Made by a program: the position numbers and the translations under genes. Under the pieces are notes generated by a model. That model ran no database searches. It was given only the letters and a program-made list of their open reading frames with translations, and was not told where the DNA came from. DNA of 60,950 bases, filler included, from Nemertoderma westbladi (lineage: Eukaryota > Animalia > Xenacoelomorpha), in the NCBI GenBank assembly GCA_032718475.1. It is 3 parts of 3 records of this genome, joined end to end, with 100 filler letters (N's around TTAATTAATTAA, not from the genome) between each part and the next. Parts side by side here need not be neighbours in the genome. Positions count along the whole stretch, not along the records: positions 25,507 to 52,268 come from JAUCBJ010003207.1; 2 more parts are not named here. One strand, written 5' to 3'. This document shows positions 38,695-52,368 of this stretch, piece after piece (position 1 is the first letter of the stretch; the number at the start of each line of letters is the position of its first letter).

Positions 38695-41600
38695 GTGGTT
38701 GTAACCCAACGGGAGGATACAACTATGGATGTAACCCAACAAGAGGATACAACTATGGATGTAACCCAACAAGAGGATACAGCTATGGATGTAAACCGCC
38801 CAGCTAGAGGATACAGCTATGGATGTAACCCAACAAGAGGATACAGCTATGGATGTAACCCAACAAGAGGATACAACTATGGATGTTACCCAACAAGAGG
38901 ATACAGCTATGGATGTATACCGCCCAACAAGAGGATACAGCTATGGATGTAACCCAACAAGAGGATACAGCTATGGATGTAACCCAACAAGAGGATACAG
39001 CTATGGATGTAACCCAACAAGAGGATACAACTATGGATGTAACCCAACAAGAGGATACAACTATGGATGTAACCCAACAAGAGGATACAACTATGGATGT
39101 CACCAAACAAGAGGATACAACTATGGATGTAACCCGCCAAACAAGAGGATACAACTATGGATGTAACCCGCCCAACAAGAGGATACAACTATGGATGTAA
39201 CCCAACAAGAGGATACAGCTATGGATGTAACCCAACAATAGGATACAACTATGGATGTAACCAAACAAGAGGATACAACTATGGATGTAACCCGCCCAAC
39301 AAGAGGATACAACTATGGATGTAACCCAACAAGAGGATACAACTATTTGATGTAACCCAACAAGAGGATACAACTATGGATGTAACCCATCCAACAAGAG
39401 GATACAACTATTTGATGTAACCCAACAAGAGGATACAACTATGGATGTAAACCGCCCAGCAAGAGGATACAGCTATGGATGTAACCCAACAAGAGGATAC
39501 AGCTATGGATGTAACCCAACAAGAGGATACAACTATGGATGTAACCCAACAAGAGGATACAGCTATGGATGTAACCCATCCAACTCCAACAAGAGGATAC
39601 AACTATGGATGTAACCCATCCAACAAGAGGATACAACTATGGATGTAACCCATCCAACAAGAGGATACAACTATGGATGTAACCCAACAAGAGGATACAG
39701 CTATGGATGTAACCCAACAAGAGGATACAACTATGGATGTAACCCATCCAACTCCAACAAGAGGATACAACTATGGATGTAACCCATCCAACAAGAGGAT
39801 ACAACTATGGATGTAACCCATCCAACAAGAGGATACAACTATGGATGTAACCCGCCCAACAAGAGGATACAACTATGGTTGTAACCCAACAAGAAGATAC
39901 AGCTATGGATGTAACCCAACAAGAGGATACAGCTATGGATGTAACCCGCCCAACGAGAGGATACAACTATGGATGCAACCCAACAAGAGGATACAGCTAT
40001 GGATGTAACCCAACAAGAGGATACAGCTATGGATGTAACCCAACAAGAGGATACAGCTATGGATGTAACCCATCCAACAAGAGGATACAACTATGGATGT
40101 AAACCGCCCAACAAAAGGATACAACTATGGATGTAGACCGCCCAACAAGAGGATACAACTATGGATGTAACCCAACAAGAGGATACAGCTATGGATGTAA
40201 CCCGCCCAACAAGAGGATAAAACTATGGATGTAACCCAACAAGAGGATACAACTATGGATGTAACCCAACAAGAGGATACAACTATGGATGTAACCCAAC
40301 AAGAGGACACATCTATGGATGTAACCCGCCCAACAAGTGGATACAGCTATGGATGTAACCCAACAAGAGGATACAACTATGGATGTAACCCAACAAGAGG
40401 ATACAACTATGGATGTAACCCAACAAGAGGATACAACTATGGATGTAACCCAACAAGAGGATACATCTATGGATGTAACCCGCCCAACAAGTGGATACAA
40501 CTATGGATGTAACCCAACAAGAGGATACAACTATGGATGTAACCCAACAAGAGGATACAACTATGGATGTAACCCATCCAACTCCAACAAGAGGATACAA
40601 CTATGGATGTAACCCATCCAACAAGAGGATATAACTATGGATGTAACCCATCCAACAAGAGGATACAACTATGGTTGTAACCCAACAAGAAGATACAGCT
40701 ATGGATGTAACCCAACAAGAGGATACAGCTATGGATGTAACCCGCCCAACGAGAGGATACAACTATGGATGCAACCCAACAAGAGGATACAGCTATGGAT
40801 GTAACCCAACAAGAGGATACAACTATGGATGTAAACCGCCCAACAAGAGGATACAACTATGGATGTAAACCGCCCAACAAGAGGATACAACTATGGATGT
40901 AACCCAACAAGAGGATACAGCTATGGATGTAACCCGCCCAACAAGAGGATAAAACTATGGATGTAACCCAACAAGAGGATACAACTATGGATGTAACCCA
41001 ACAAGAGGATACAACTATGGATGTAACCCAACAAGAGGACACATCTATGGATGTAACCCGCCCAACAAGTGGATACAGCTATGTATGTAACCCAACAAGA
41101 GGATACAACTATGGATGTAACCCAACAAGAGGATACAACTATGGATGTAACCCAACAAGAGGATACAACTATGGATGTAACCCAACAAGAGGATACATCT
41201 ATGGATGTAACCCGCCCAACAAGTGGATACAACTATGGATGTAACCCAACAAGAGGATACAACTATGGATGTAACCCAACAAGAGGATACATCTATGGAT
41301 GTAAACCGCCCAACAAGAGGATACAACTATGGATGTAACCCAACAAGAGGACACATCTATGGATGTAACCCGCCCAACAAGTGGATACAGCTATGGATGT
41401 AACCCAACAAGAGGATACAACTATGGATGTAACCCAACAAGAGGATACAACTATGGATGTAACCCAACAAGAGGATACAACTATGGATGTAACCCAACAA
41501 GAGGATACATCTATGGATGTAACCCGCCCAACAAGTGGATACAACTATGGATGTAACCCAACAAGAGGATACAACCCAACAAGAGGATACATCTATGGAT

Positions 41601-42055
41601 GTAAACCGCCCAACAAGAGGATACAACTATGGATTTAACCCGCCCAACAAGTGGATACAACTATGGATGTAACCCAACAAGAGGATACAACTATGGATGT
41701 AACCCAACAAGAGGATACATCTATGGATGTAAACCGCCCAACAAGAGGATACAACTATGGATTTAACCAACCCAACAAGTGGATACAACTATGGATGTAA
41801 CCCAACAAGAGGATACAACTATGGATGTAACCCAACAAGAGGATACAGCTATGGATGTAACCCAACAAGAGGATACAACTATGGATGTAACCCAACAAGA
41901 GGATACAACTATGGATGTAACCCAACAAGAGGATACATCTATGGATGTAAACCGCCCAACAAGAGGATACAACTATGGATTTAACCCACCCAACAAGTGG
42001 ATACAACTATGGATGTAACCCAACAAAGGATACAATTAACCCATCAAGAGGATAC
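38695..42055. repeat. 30/34-bp minisatellite, about 3.3 kb, with higher-order duplications
   Basis: Unit GGATACA(A/G)CTATGGATGTAACCCAACAAGA with +4 (CGCC/ATCC) variants. Variant patterns recur at a 732-bp offset (40125 vs 40857). Confidence 0.97.
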
Positions 42056-42881
42056 ACATCAGCTATGTTATAAAAAGTGGCGTTAATGTTACCAAGTTGA
42101 GGACACAGATATTCATTAATAAGATATAAACAGGAAAATATAATTACCAATGATTTATTTAACAAAAATGCCAATTAATGGATATACATACCAAAGTAAT
42201 GTTTGCACAATAATAAATATAGTTGATCTCATTAAACAGCTGCCTTGTAGCAGGAAGAATTCTGCGGTTGATTGAGTTGCCAGTGTATATTTTACCGTAA
42301 TATCATCGGCAGAATAATAAATAGAAGATTTGTGATTAATTAATTTAATTTGGAGAAAGGATAAAGTTTTCAGTTGCCCGATAAATCAATAGATTCAATT
42401 ATCAATATATTAGTTTTTGTAATCGTTGCTGTAGCAACGGCGAGACAATAATGATGGTAGGAAGGAACTATAGGTTTAGGTAATCTTACGAATGGTTAAC
42501 AAGTCCGATATTGTAAAACAACATTACACAGCGTACCTGTAACCATAGTGATGGAATCAATGAAATTAAAACAGACCAGTACGATATAATATATAATAAT
42601 TTATTGCCTGCGGTTATTCTACTTATATTACATTATAATTTGTAGTGGATTTGAAATTATGTTATATAACTGAAAACGTAATTTTATTCGAAAATTTTTA
42701 TACTATTTCACGAGGAAGGGATATTTTAATAAAATCCAAATGACAGATAGACAATGGATCGTAAAATAATAATAACATATATAAAATGTTTAAGCTTGTG
42801 TTTGTTTATTTCATATAATTATAAAAAGATAATATTTCCAATTTTTATTGAAATGTTGACGGCAGAGATAAACTGGAGGCT

Positions 42882-43650
42882 GGAGCTACAAGGAAGGCCA
42901 TTACAGGAGCTACAAGGAAGGCCATTATAGGAGCTACAAGGAAGGCCATCACAGGAGCTACAAGGAAGGACATTACAGGAGCTACAAGGAAGGACATTAC
43001 AGGAGCTACAAGTAAGGACATTACAGGAGCTACAAGGAAGGCCATTACAGGAGCTACAAGGAAGGCCATTACAGGAGCTACAAGGAAGGACATTACAGGA
43101 GCTACAAGGAAGGACATTACAGGAGCTACAAGGAAGGCCATTACAGGAGCTAAAAGGAAGGCCATTACAGGAGCTACAAGGAAGGCCATTACAGGAGCTA
43201 CAAGGAAGGACATTACAGGAGCTACAAGGAAGGACATTACAGGAGCTACAAGGAAGGCCATTACAGGAGCTAAAAGGAAGGCCATTACAGGAGCTACAAG
43301 GAAGGCCATTACAGGAGCTACAAGGAAGGCCATTACAGGAGCTACAAGGAAGGCCATTACAGGAGCTACAAGGAAGGACATTACAGGAGCTACAAGGAAG
43401 GCCATTACAGGAGCTACAAGGAAGGCCATTACAGGAGCTACAAGGAAGGACATTACAGGAGCTACAAGGAAGGACATTACAGGAGCTACAAGGAAGGCCC
43501 TTACAGGAGCTACAAGGAAGGCCATTACAGGAGCTACAAGGAAGGCCATTACAGGAGCTACAATGAAGGCCATTACAGGAGCTACAAGGAAGGCCATTAC
43601 AGGAGCTACAAGGAAGGCCATTACAAGAGCTACAAGGAAGGCCATTACAG
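42882..43650. repeat. 24-bp indel-free tandem repeat, 32 copies
   Basis: Unit GGAGCTACAAGGAAGG(C/A)CATTACA. The array ends at ACAG|GTAAAA. Confidence 0.97.
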
Positions 43651-45061
43651 GTAAAACTTAATAAAATGTGATGAAATTCTGCTATAGAATGGATTATTTT
43701 TACACATCAATAAAAAAAATAATTCTTAAAATTTAACTAAAATTTGATATTTTTTTTTAAATAAGAACTTATTTATTTCGAGGAATTTAATTTCTTAACC
43801 ACCATAAAATATTATTACCTGACAGTTTATTTATTATTGTGTATAAAGAACATTAATTAATACATGTCCCAACGTAGACGTAATGAATGGTAATTAACAG
43901 TTTATGTTTAGTACGACGTGAGTTGTGGATGTGGGACGAACCGCAGAGTGAGTGAGTCTTTAGGCAAACCATACAGATTAGCACGAGACAAATGGACACT
44001 GCCCGGTCTAATTCAATATTTGAACAGTTGGCGTTGGTCAACAATCGAAATTGTTTAGTTTTGACTCTTAATGTACTAAATAATGCCTCGTTGGCCGCTA
44101 CTAAAACCGGATGCAACCATCTAACACCATCTAGCGCAACCACAACATGGGTACACGCACAGTCGTACGCATATCACAAAGGTGCCCCAACAATCTGCTT
44201 TAACTCCCCCCGTAACACTTATATGGACATAATATGTACACAAATTGGTCAATAATATAAAAATAGAAGAAGCCAAATAAGGTTACACACTAATGTTAAT
44301 TGTCGTCCTCTTTCCTAAGACAGGAAATATTTAATCTAAAAAACATAGTGGATTTGGTATATATATGTTTGTGTTTGTATATGTGAGTGTATATTATTAT
44401 TAGTAACATGTCGAACATATTGTATTGTATAATTAACCTAAAATCGTGAGGTCAAATACTAGAAAATCAAGATTTTCTAGTATTTTAGCACTTTCGCTAA
44501 AATTTTAATTTTTGAACAAAAAGTTTATAAACTTCTAAAGTCTATAATATATCGAGAATTCACCTCACATAATTTCGATTTATTTAATAATTTTAGATTC
44601 TTAAAGTGATTGTGGTTCATTTTATAATAGGTACCAGTTTATAATCATTTTAACGTCTCTAACGTATAGTTTAACAAACAACAACTTATACAGGTGCGGT
44701 AGTGTGTGTCGGCTTAAGTATTAATATTAATTACGTACCGGTACCCCGTATAAACAAACCCAAACCCCTGGAACTTTCGAACTGTAACGCAATACGAACG
44801 TCTGCCAACTATATTTTAGCACAGAGTATTATATTATCTCCCAGTCGCAAAGGCCTTTATCTTTATCGCTTTAACACCTAAGCGATCTGGGTCACTAATA
44901 ATGCTACTGCGTTACCATTGATAAACCCCATGACTTAATAAACTACCCGATGTGATTGTTTAACAAAACAAGTGAACGTCATGGAGCAATCAATATAAAG
45001 ACTACAGAGACTGAGACAAACAAAGTCGGTATATTATAAAGCTGTCGGTAGATAGATTACA

Positions 45062-45652
45062 TCATTCTGTAGGGAAAGTCGGGTTTACCAGATGACTTTG
45101 GCGGCGATGTTGGTTGTCCTTCATGTGTAGAGCCTCATCGACTACGGCTACCGTCGGTATGGCACCGGTTACCGGCATCCGCTGCTTGGGTCGTCTTCCC
45201 GGCCCGCCAGGGACGCCCTTCGCCATGTTGTAGTCGCCACTATCAAAGTATTTCTGTCCCTTTTGCATCCGCTTCCGAAGGAAGTCGGAACCCGCACCAC
45301 CGCCTCGCCCAACCCCCGGGAACTTCGACCGTAGTTTCTGCTCTTCTAATTGCTCGATCGATAGCGGCGGTTTATTTATAGTGACCGGGACTTTGAAGGT
45401 GTCGCCGCCTTCTTCCTCGGTTTTATCTTCAACAGGAGACTGGATGCACGGCTGGGGGGGTTGATAAAGCTTGGGTATTGGGTATTTGGCTCGTGGCGGG
45501 GGCACAGGGGACTGGGTGTCCGAAGGTTTATCGATATCGGAATTAGTAGATACGTCAACTATTTCGATTTGAGTTTTCTCTATATTATCTGGATTCTCAT
45601 CAGCTGGTTGATGGAAACCGGTTCCGTCTGTTCCCGATGGAGGCCTATCCAT
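45062..45652 (-). CDS. ENSA: alpha-endosulfine / ARPP19 family PP2A-B55 inhibitor with a long N-terminal extension, single-exon CDS
   Basis: [10 protein letters not shown]...[25 protein letters not shown] (Greatwall site) and TGAIPT. The first ATG is at 45652. Confidence 0.9.
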   Translation of the reverse strand: MDRPPSGTDGTGFHQPADENPDNIEKTQIEIVDVSTNSDIDKPSDTQSPVPPPRAKYPIPKLYQPPQPCIQSPVEDKTEEEGGDTFKVPVTINKPPLSIEQLEEQKLRSKFPGVGRGGGAGSDFLRKRMQKGQKYFDSGDYNMAKGVPGGPGRRPKQRMPVTGAIPTVAVVDEALHMKDNQHRRQSHLVNPTFPTE

Positions 45653-46666
45653 ATTCTGATAGTGTTTCGATGACTTTATGCAGCAGCACACACAGTGATC
45701 ACCACAGACAAAATAATCAGCCAGTCAGCCTGAATCGCTGTCTGAATCTATAATCAGATAGTGTATATATATCTGTACATAAGATTAGATATTGAGGTAG
45801 AGCAGAATGCGATTTTAGCTCATATGCTTCACCTCAATAAACTATCTTTAACTCCCTCAATTTATTGTCAATCGGTCTAGATGGTTGATGTAGGCCTAAA
45901 TAACAGCAGAATAACCTTAATATAATAAACGTAACAACTTTCTATCTGTCTGCTTTATATTTTTATTTTTTTGATTATTTTTGTGAATCATAACAATCAA
46001 TTTTTATTGTGAATATTTTATTGCACATAGCTTACTGTTTACTGTACCCTTGTATTTATTTGATTTTATATTTTCAGCACTGCTTCTGTCTATTCTACTG
46101 CACCGTTTTATGCTTTTTTATTTTTGAATGTAAATATGATATCTTTATTCACTGCACCAAATTTATTTATTATTTTTTTTTTATAAATTTTCAGAAATTC
46201 GTAGACTATGACATTGTTGCGTTAATTTTAATTTTATTTTGTAGAATATATTTCTGTATTTTTGTGTAATTTTAGAGCCTGCTCGGGCAACCATAAGTGT
46301 TTAATTTTTAATAACCTGGTTGTTTTCTCTCCTCATGTACTTTTAATTTAATTTTTATAAATACATAGAGTGATAATAATAATAAATAAATAAAATATCT
46401 TTATCTACCATTCTACCGTATTATGTTTTTTTACTTTAATCTGTTAATTATTCATTACTTTGAATGGTCAATATTATGAATTCGTATTATCTTACAGGGC
46501 CAACTGGTTGTTATAATAGTTGCAAGAAGAATGTACTGATGAATGAATGTACTGAAGGCTATTGTTGTATTGTATGAAAGGGTAAAATTGGTTTCAGTAT
46601 ACCCACTTGCTACTTGGCAATTTTTGTAGTTCCAAAACCCGTTGATTTTCTGATGTTACTCTACTG

Positions 46667-46971
46667 CCAGGCTGCAAACCACCACTGGACCGCGCACAAC
46701 GCCCGCACACAATTTTTCAGCCGCGCAATATCTGGCAATATACCGCGCAAGGACCGAAAAAACGCGCACTCCAAGCTGAAAAACAATTAAATTCACGCAA
46801 ACAGACGAATAAATAAATTAATCAAAAAAAATTATTATTTATTAACGTAAAGAAATAAAAAAATTAATTTAGGGGCCTAAACAATGTATAATGAAAACAA
46901 AACGCGAGCGAAGCAAGTGAAATTTTAAACGCACAACACGTTGCGATTTTTGCACTCCATTTGCAGCCTGG
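46667..46971. mobile_element. short MITE
   Basis: Termini CCAGGCTGCAAA and TTTGCAGCCTGG, with internal CGCGCA motifs. No clear TSD. Confidence 0.6.
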
Positions 46972-47232
46972 TACCCCAGTTTACCCTAATCATACAACTG
47001 CACCAACTGAGGGCCTTACTCTAGGCCTACTAAATCTGATGTAAATGTACAATAACTACAGAACTAATACGGTACCGGTAATAAAGGCTTTACTACAGTA
47101 CAGCAGTACTCTGGTACTGCCTGACTGCAGTACTGCTATAAAACTGTAAAAGTACTGAAGTAATACTGTAATACTCCTTGGTACTGTCTGACTGTGGCAA
47201 TAGGCCTACTATCTGACTGTAATACATGTAAT

Positions 47233-49766
47233 ACACCATGGATACCGCATAATATATTAAAATGTATCAAGAAAAAAGACAGATTTTACCACGATTACCT
47301 CATCCATAAAAATGAAAAAGCCAAAGAAAAATTTGTGAAATATCGCGATGCACTGAAGACAATCATTCGAAGGTCTAAAATTAATTATTTTAATAACGCC
47401 ATGGACAGTAAAACTCTAACAGTGAAACAAATATGGCAATCTATAAATCAACTAATTAACCGCAAAGTCAACAAAACATCTGGGCCGACTTTAATTCATC
47501 ATGATTCCCGTACTGCCACGGAACCCAAAACGATTGCTACCTCCATGAATCAGTATTATTCTCGTGTAGCTTTTAATCTTGACAAAGAGATACCAATAGT
47601 CGAAGGTAATCCCATTGATTATTTATCACCAATTAAATTTCCCAATTATCATCTAGATGAATTTAATAGTGTTTCATGTTCTGATATTAAAACAATAGTT
47701 TTGGATTTTGATTCAAAGGCCAGCCCCGGTCATGATGGTATCCGTGGTAAAATTGTCCAGAACTCATTACAGCCGATCCTATTACCTCTAACATATATTA
47801 TTAATTGCTCTCTCCGCACCGGTATTGTACCAGACAGTCTGAAAATTGCACGAGTTGTTCCAATTTTTAAATGTGATGACCCCACGATTCCTAAAAACTA
47901 TAGACCAATATCGGTCTTACCATTCTTCTCTAAGATTTTCGAAAAAGTTGTTGCTAAACAACTTCTAAAATATGTCACCCACCAGGTAATTATATCGCCA
48001 TCACAATTTGGGTTTCAGGCAAACATATCAACGCAATTAGCATTATTAACACTTGTAGACAAAATTACATCATCCCTTGAAAAGAAACAATCAACATTAG
48101 CACTCTCAATAGACCTATCAAAGGCATTTGACACGGTTAACCATGCAATTCTATTAAGCAAAATGGAACACTATGGAATAAAAGGTGTTGCATTGGAATG
48201 GTTCCAAAGTTACTTGTTCCAACGTAAACAATATGTAGCCATTGACAATATTTGTTCCGAACAAAAAATTATCCAGTGCGGGGTGCCCCAGGGGTCCATT
48301 CTAGGTCCTCTGCTTTTCCTCCTATACTGCAACGACATAACCAATGTCTCCAAAATATTTAGTTTTGTTTTATTTGCGGACGACACCAGCATAGTTAACT
48401 CTAGTAATAATATTGATAACCTGATTGCCAGTACGAACTCTGAATTACAAAATCTCCAAAAATGGTTTTGTGTCAATCGCCTATCCTTGAATATCAGCAA
48501 AACAAACTATATTATCTTCAATACAAGCAACCGGATCATCAGTCCATCAACTCCAATTCACATTAATAACATTGACATTACTCGAGTAAAGGTGGCCAAA
48601 TTCCTTGGTGTACACATAGATGAGCGTCTAAACTGGAAGTACCATCTACACCAAATAAGTATGAAGATTAGTAAAAATATAGGTGTTATAAACAAGGTAA
48701 AATCATTTATGACTACAGAATCTTTAGCAGCTCTATACTACGCAATGGTCCATCCATACTTAAGTTACTGTACGGTAGTTTGGGGTAAATCAATAACGGA
48801 CAATACTGAACAACTAGTACCCAGTTACACCAGATCAAAATTTAGACATAGAAGGAGGAGGAGGCGAAAAGTTTATGATGTTGTTTCAATAACAAACATT
48901 TTTAAATTGCACAAACACCAACAGAAAATTATTTCAATAATTCAACATCGCGATCTTAATTTTTCACCACCTACACTTAATCACATTTTTACTCAACAAG
49001 TAGCTATCCTCTCCTTTAAGTCTATCCGTAATATAACCCCCCATGGGATATTGCCGGACCTATTAACACCCGTTTCAAATGTACACACCCATGAGACAAG
49101 ATCCTCACAATCTCAAAATGCGTTCCGTCTACGAAATAGGCTAAAAATCCGAACTCAATCTATTTACGCTCTAGCACCAGTAATTTGGAATGGTCTACCT
49201 CTTGCAGTGCGACAGTCTAGCGGATTATTACAATTTAAGTACAAATTAAATAATTTCTTAAGGGGTACTACTATAACTACAACGTAAGTATCAATTTCAC
49301 TTGTTTTCTATAATTATTTCGCTAGTTATTGTTATCATTTAGTTATTATAATTTTCACTTGTTTTCTATATTCTGCTAGTTATTGTTATTCTATTGAGAA
49401 CAACCCGTATCAATAATAAATTTAAACATATTAATGTACGTATTATAATTAGTTTTGTTGCAACAGTAAGCTTTTTGTAGGCCCATTTTAAGAATTGTAT
49501 AAGGTTTTTTTTTTCTCTACTGTATGTATATTGTTTGTTTGTTTAAACTGGTGTCTGAAATAATGGGATTCTCCGTGCAGGCACCAGCCACGCAAATCTA
49601 ATCCAATTATTTTAAATTCACAATGTAATTAAATACTATATTATTAATAATAATAGCTTGTTTCTATCAGTTCATATTATTGTGTTGTGCATGCATTATT
49701 ATATCATTTAATATCAATATTTGTGTGGGAATAGTTTAATAAAAGTTAAAGTTAAAGTTAAAGTTA
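47233..49766 (+). mobile_element. 5'-truncated CR1/L2-group LINE with an open RT frame
   Basis: ORF to 49287 with TPWI, SPGHDG, NYRPIS, QFGF, DLSKAFD, GVPQGSILGPLLF, FADD and FLGV. The 3' UTR ends in AATAAA plus (AAAGTT)4. Confidence 0.93.
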
Positions 49767-51290
49767 ATACAGTAATCAGGTAATAGGCTACTACTGTACT
49801 ACATAGGCCTACACTATCAGGACTATACATCTATATGCCTATCAGCTGATCAGTACAGTACTGCAGTATACTGCTGTACAGCTGTACTGAGTACTGCAAC
49901 GCTAAGGTCAGTCAGGCCAGTACTACAGTTATTACCCAGTGCTGTACATCCTGACATCTGAATGCTGTTTCTGTCAATATTGCTGTAGCACTGTACGCCA
50001 AGTGATCTATAAGGAAGCAAGGACACAAAATAAAATGGAGCAATTCAAGAAATTTAACCAAACCACCAATAAATCAAAGAAGAGGGGAAAGTTCATCCTC
50101 CCCTTATTCAACCCCCCTCTCAATCTGCACCACCCCAACCCAAAGGCGCACAGAGGATTGATGAAAGGCAGAGGGTAGGCCTTGGCAGAGGTATTAACAT
50201 GAAATTTTAAAAGTGATATATTATAAATGTATTTAAGGCGTGGATGCGATACCCACTTTGTAAGAAATATTAAAACTATCGTATGCCGATAGTAGTATTA
50301 ATTTTGGTACTGAGATATTAATTTATCACGTCAACAACTCAACGAAATTATTTTGCTAAATTTATTCTAATGAATCACGATTACGAATCACGATAAACAA
50401 TAAGCAAGCTGGCTTTTAGTCTGTCACCTTATCCTACTGCCCATGTCCCATAGATGTAATTAACCCATTACTCATACAAAAGTAGTTGTGAGGTGGTTGG
50501 ACTGGTTTCCAGATGGGCTTGGCAATGGCAAGGAATATGAGAGAGCTGTTAGTATAGAGTGACAGGGGCATTTTGATAACTTAAAAACCTTTAGATCAAT
50601 TAAAAACATATTTCTTAAAGAAAATCACTTGAACTAAAAAAAACTACAAAGGAATGGGGTATGGGGATTACAGCTGTATAATTTTTAGGTATAATTATTT
50701 AAATCTTACACTAGAAAATGATTAATTTCCATTAAAAGGTAGGTTGGAAATGCTGTTTTTTACCGTAATCAACTTAATTAACTAATTAACTGCTTTTATC
50801 TTAGTTTCTCGAATGCCACACGCAATTTCAACTTGGAAAGTTTCTAAACTTTTGCCAAACAACATGTGTACCAAGTTTGGTTAGATTTCATCAAGGATTG
50901 GCAGAGTTATTAACGTTCAAAATTGGACACAACAGAACGACAGAACAAAATGTTCGTGGGGCCTTCGCGCAGCACGAGGCTCAGTTGAACAGATATTTTT
51001 TACCGAAATTTCCATAAATTTGTATCATACATAAAACCCTATCCTTAAAATTCGCGTGATTTGGATTTGATAATAATTGTTCTACATTTGAATATGTTCT
51101 ACTGTAAGTGAGGAGGGAGCATTAATTATAATACAGTATGTGAGCATTGATGAGAATATTTTAGCAGTTGCTCACCTACTACAGTATGTTATTATTACTT
51201 CACTATGTGAGCATTAATCAATGCGTGAGCATTGTAATAAGACTAAACTATCCTATTGTATTATTTAAACAGCTCTCATATACTTAAGCT

Positions 51291-51445
51291 AAGCCCTGTT
51301 CACAGATACTGTAGGCCTACGACTTATTTTAAATGCTCTGCTCATTATCCAGCCCGGCCTATAACCAAAAATGAAAACGGTGATTAGCCAACCAGCCTAG
51401 CGATTTCATAGCGCTGTTAATGTTTGTATCTGTGAACAAGGGCTT
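51291..51445. mobile_element. about 155-bp MITE
   Basis: Inverted termini AAGCCCTGTTCACAGATAC ... GTATCTGTGAACAAGGGCTT. Confidence 0.6.
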
Positions 51446-51793
51446 TAGGCCATCAATATCTGATGGTGACCTAAAAGGTCACCGAAAGTTCTAAGTAAAA
51501 TAAAATTATCAGTTGGAATGTTGACCTTTGAATACTTGAGTAAACATTAACAATAAATAATATGCATTCAACTGTAGTTACATGATATGTTGATTAACAA
51601 TAATATCATATTTCCAACTTTCCTGAATTCGTAATATTATATTTTTGTAAATAACATAGTGTAGTAATCGTTTGAAACACTTTTTATAATTATTGTTTGA
51701 TGTATATATGGCCTCCGTGCAGAAGCACTGAAGCCAACAGCGAACAATTATTATAGGAGGGCAAGTTAGTGAAAGCTTGGTACTCAAGAGATG

Positions 51794-51944
51794 GAGCGCC
51801 AGTAGTGAGTCGCTGGTACGTATTATAGAGCGCCAGTAGTGAGTCGCTGGTACGTATTATATAGCGCAAGTAGTGAGTCGCTGGTACGTATTATATAGCG
51901 CCAGTAGTGAGTCGCTGGTACGTATTATAGAGCGCCAGTAGTGA
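51794..51944. repeat. 34-bp tandem repeat, about 4.4 copies, followed by (TAGA)n
   Basis: Unit GAGCGCCAGTAGTGAGTCGCTGGTACGTATTATA. Confidence 0.9.
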
Positions 51945-52268
51945 TAGATAGATAGATAGATAGATTTATTTATACATTATGTAAAAACAATAACAAATAC
52001 ACCAAACAATGTACCGGTATAAAGGTATTGTCCAACATAACATATAGGATTACCCCTAAAGCTTTGCAGCTTATTTCCAAGGGAGTCCTTTATGTTACTT
52101 GGTTACAAATACAATATTACACTACGCTAACCTAAAACCAATATAAAACGTAATTACACTATGTACATGTACAACTTTACCGAGAGCGTGACAATGTCCG
52201 ACTCAACGATAAAGATGTAATGTACAGAACAATTTATTATAAAACGTAATTACAGTATAAATAGTAAA

Positions 52269-52368
52269 NNNNNNNNNNNNNNNNNNNNNNNNNNNNNNNN
52301 NNNNNNNNNNNNTTAATTAATTAANNNNNNNNNNNNNNNNNNNNNNNNNNNNNNNNNNNNNNNNNNNN
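52269..52368. other. scaffold gap with artificial TTAATTAATTAA spacer
   Basis: N runs flank the spacer. Confidence 0.97.

Noticed and set aside
38695-42018. Many ORFs (MDVTQQEDT, RGYNYGCNPT, GYIHSCILLL repeats)
   Set aside because: They arise from a 30-bp satellite whose frequent +4 variants shift the frame, so no frame is maintained.
42845-43645. 266-aa hydrophobic ORF (MAFLVAPV)n on the minus strand
   Set aside because: It starts inside the repeat, has almost no unique sequence and is the mirror of a 24-bp repeat.
43853-44255. Overlapping 87-96 aa ORFs downstream of ENSA
   Set aside because: No motif or splice support. They are more likely 3' UTR or intergenic sequence.
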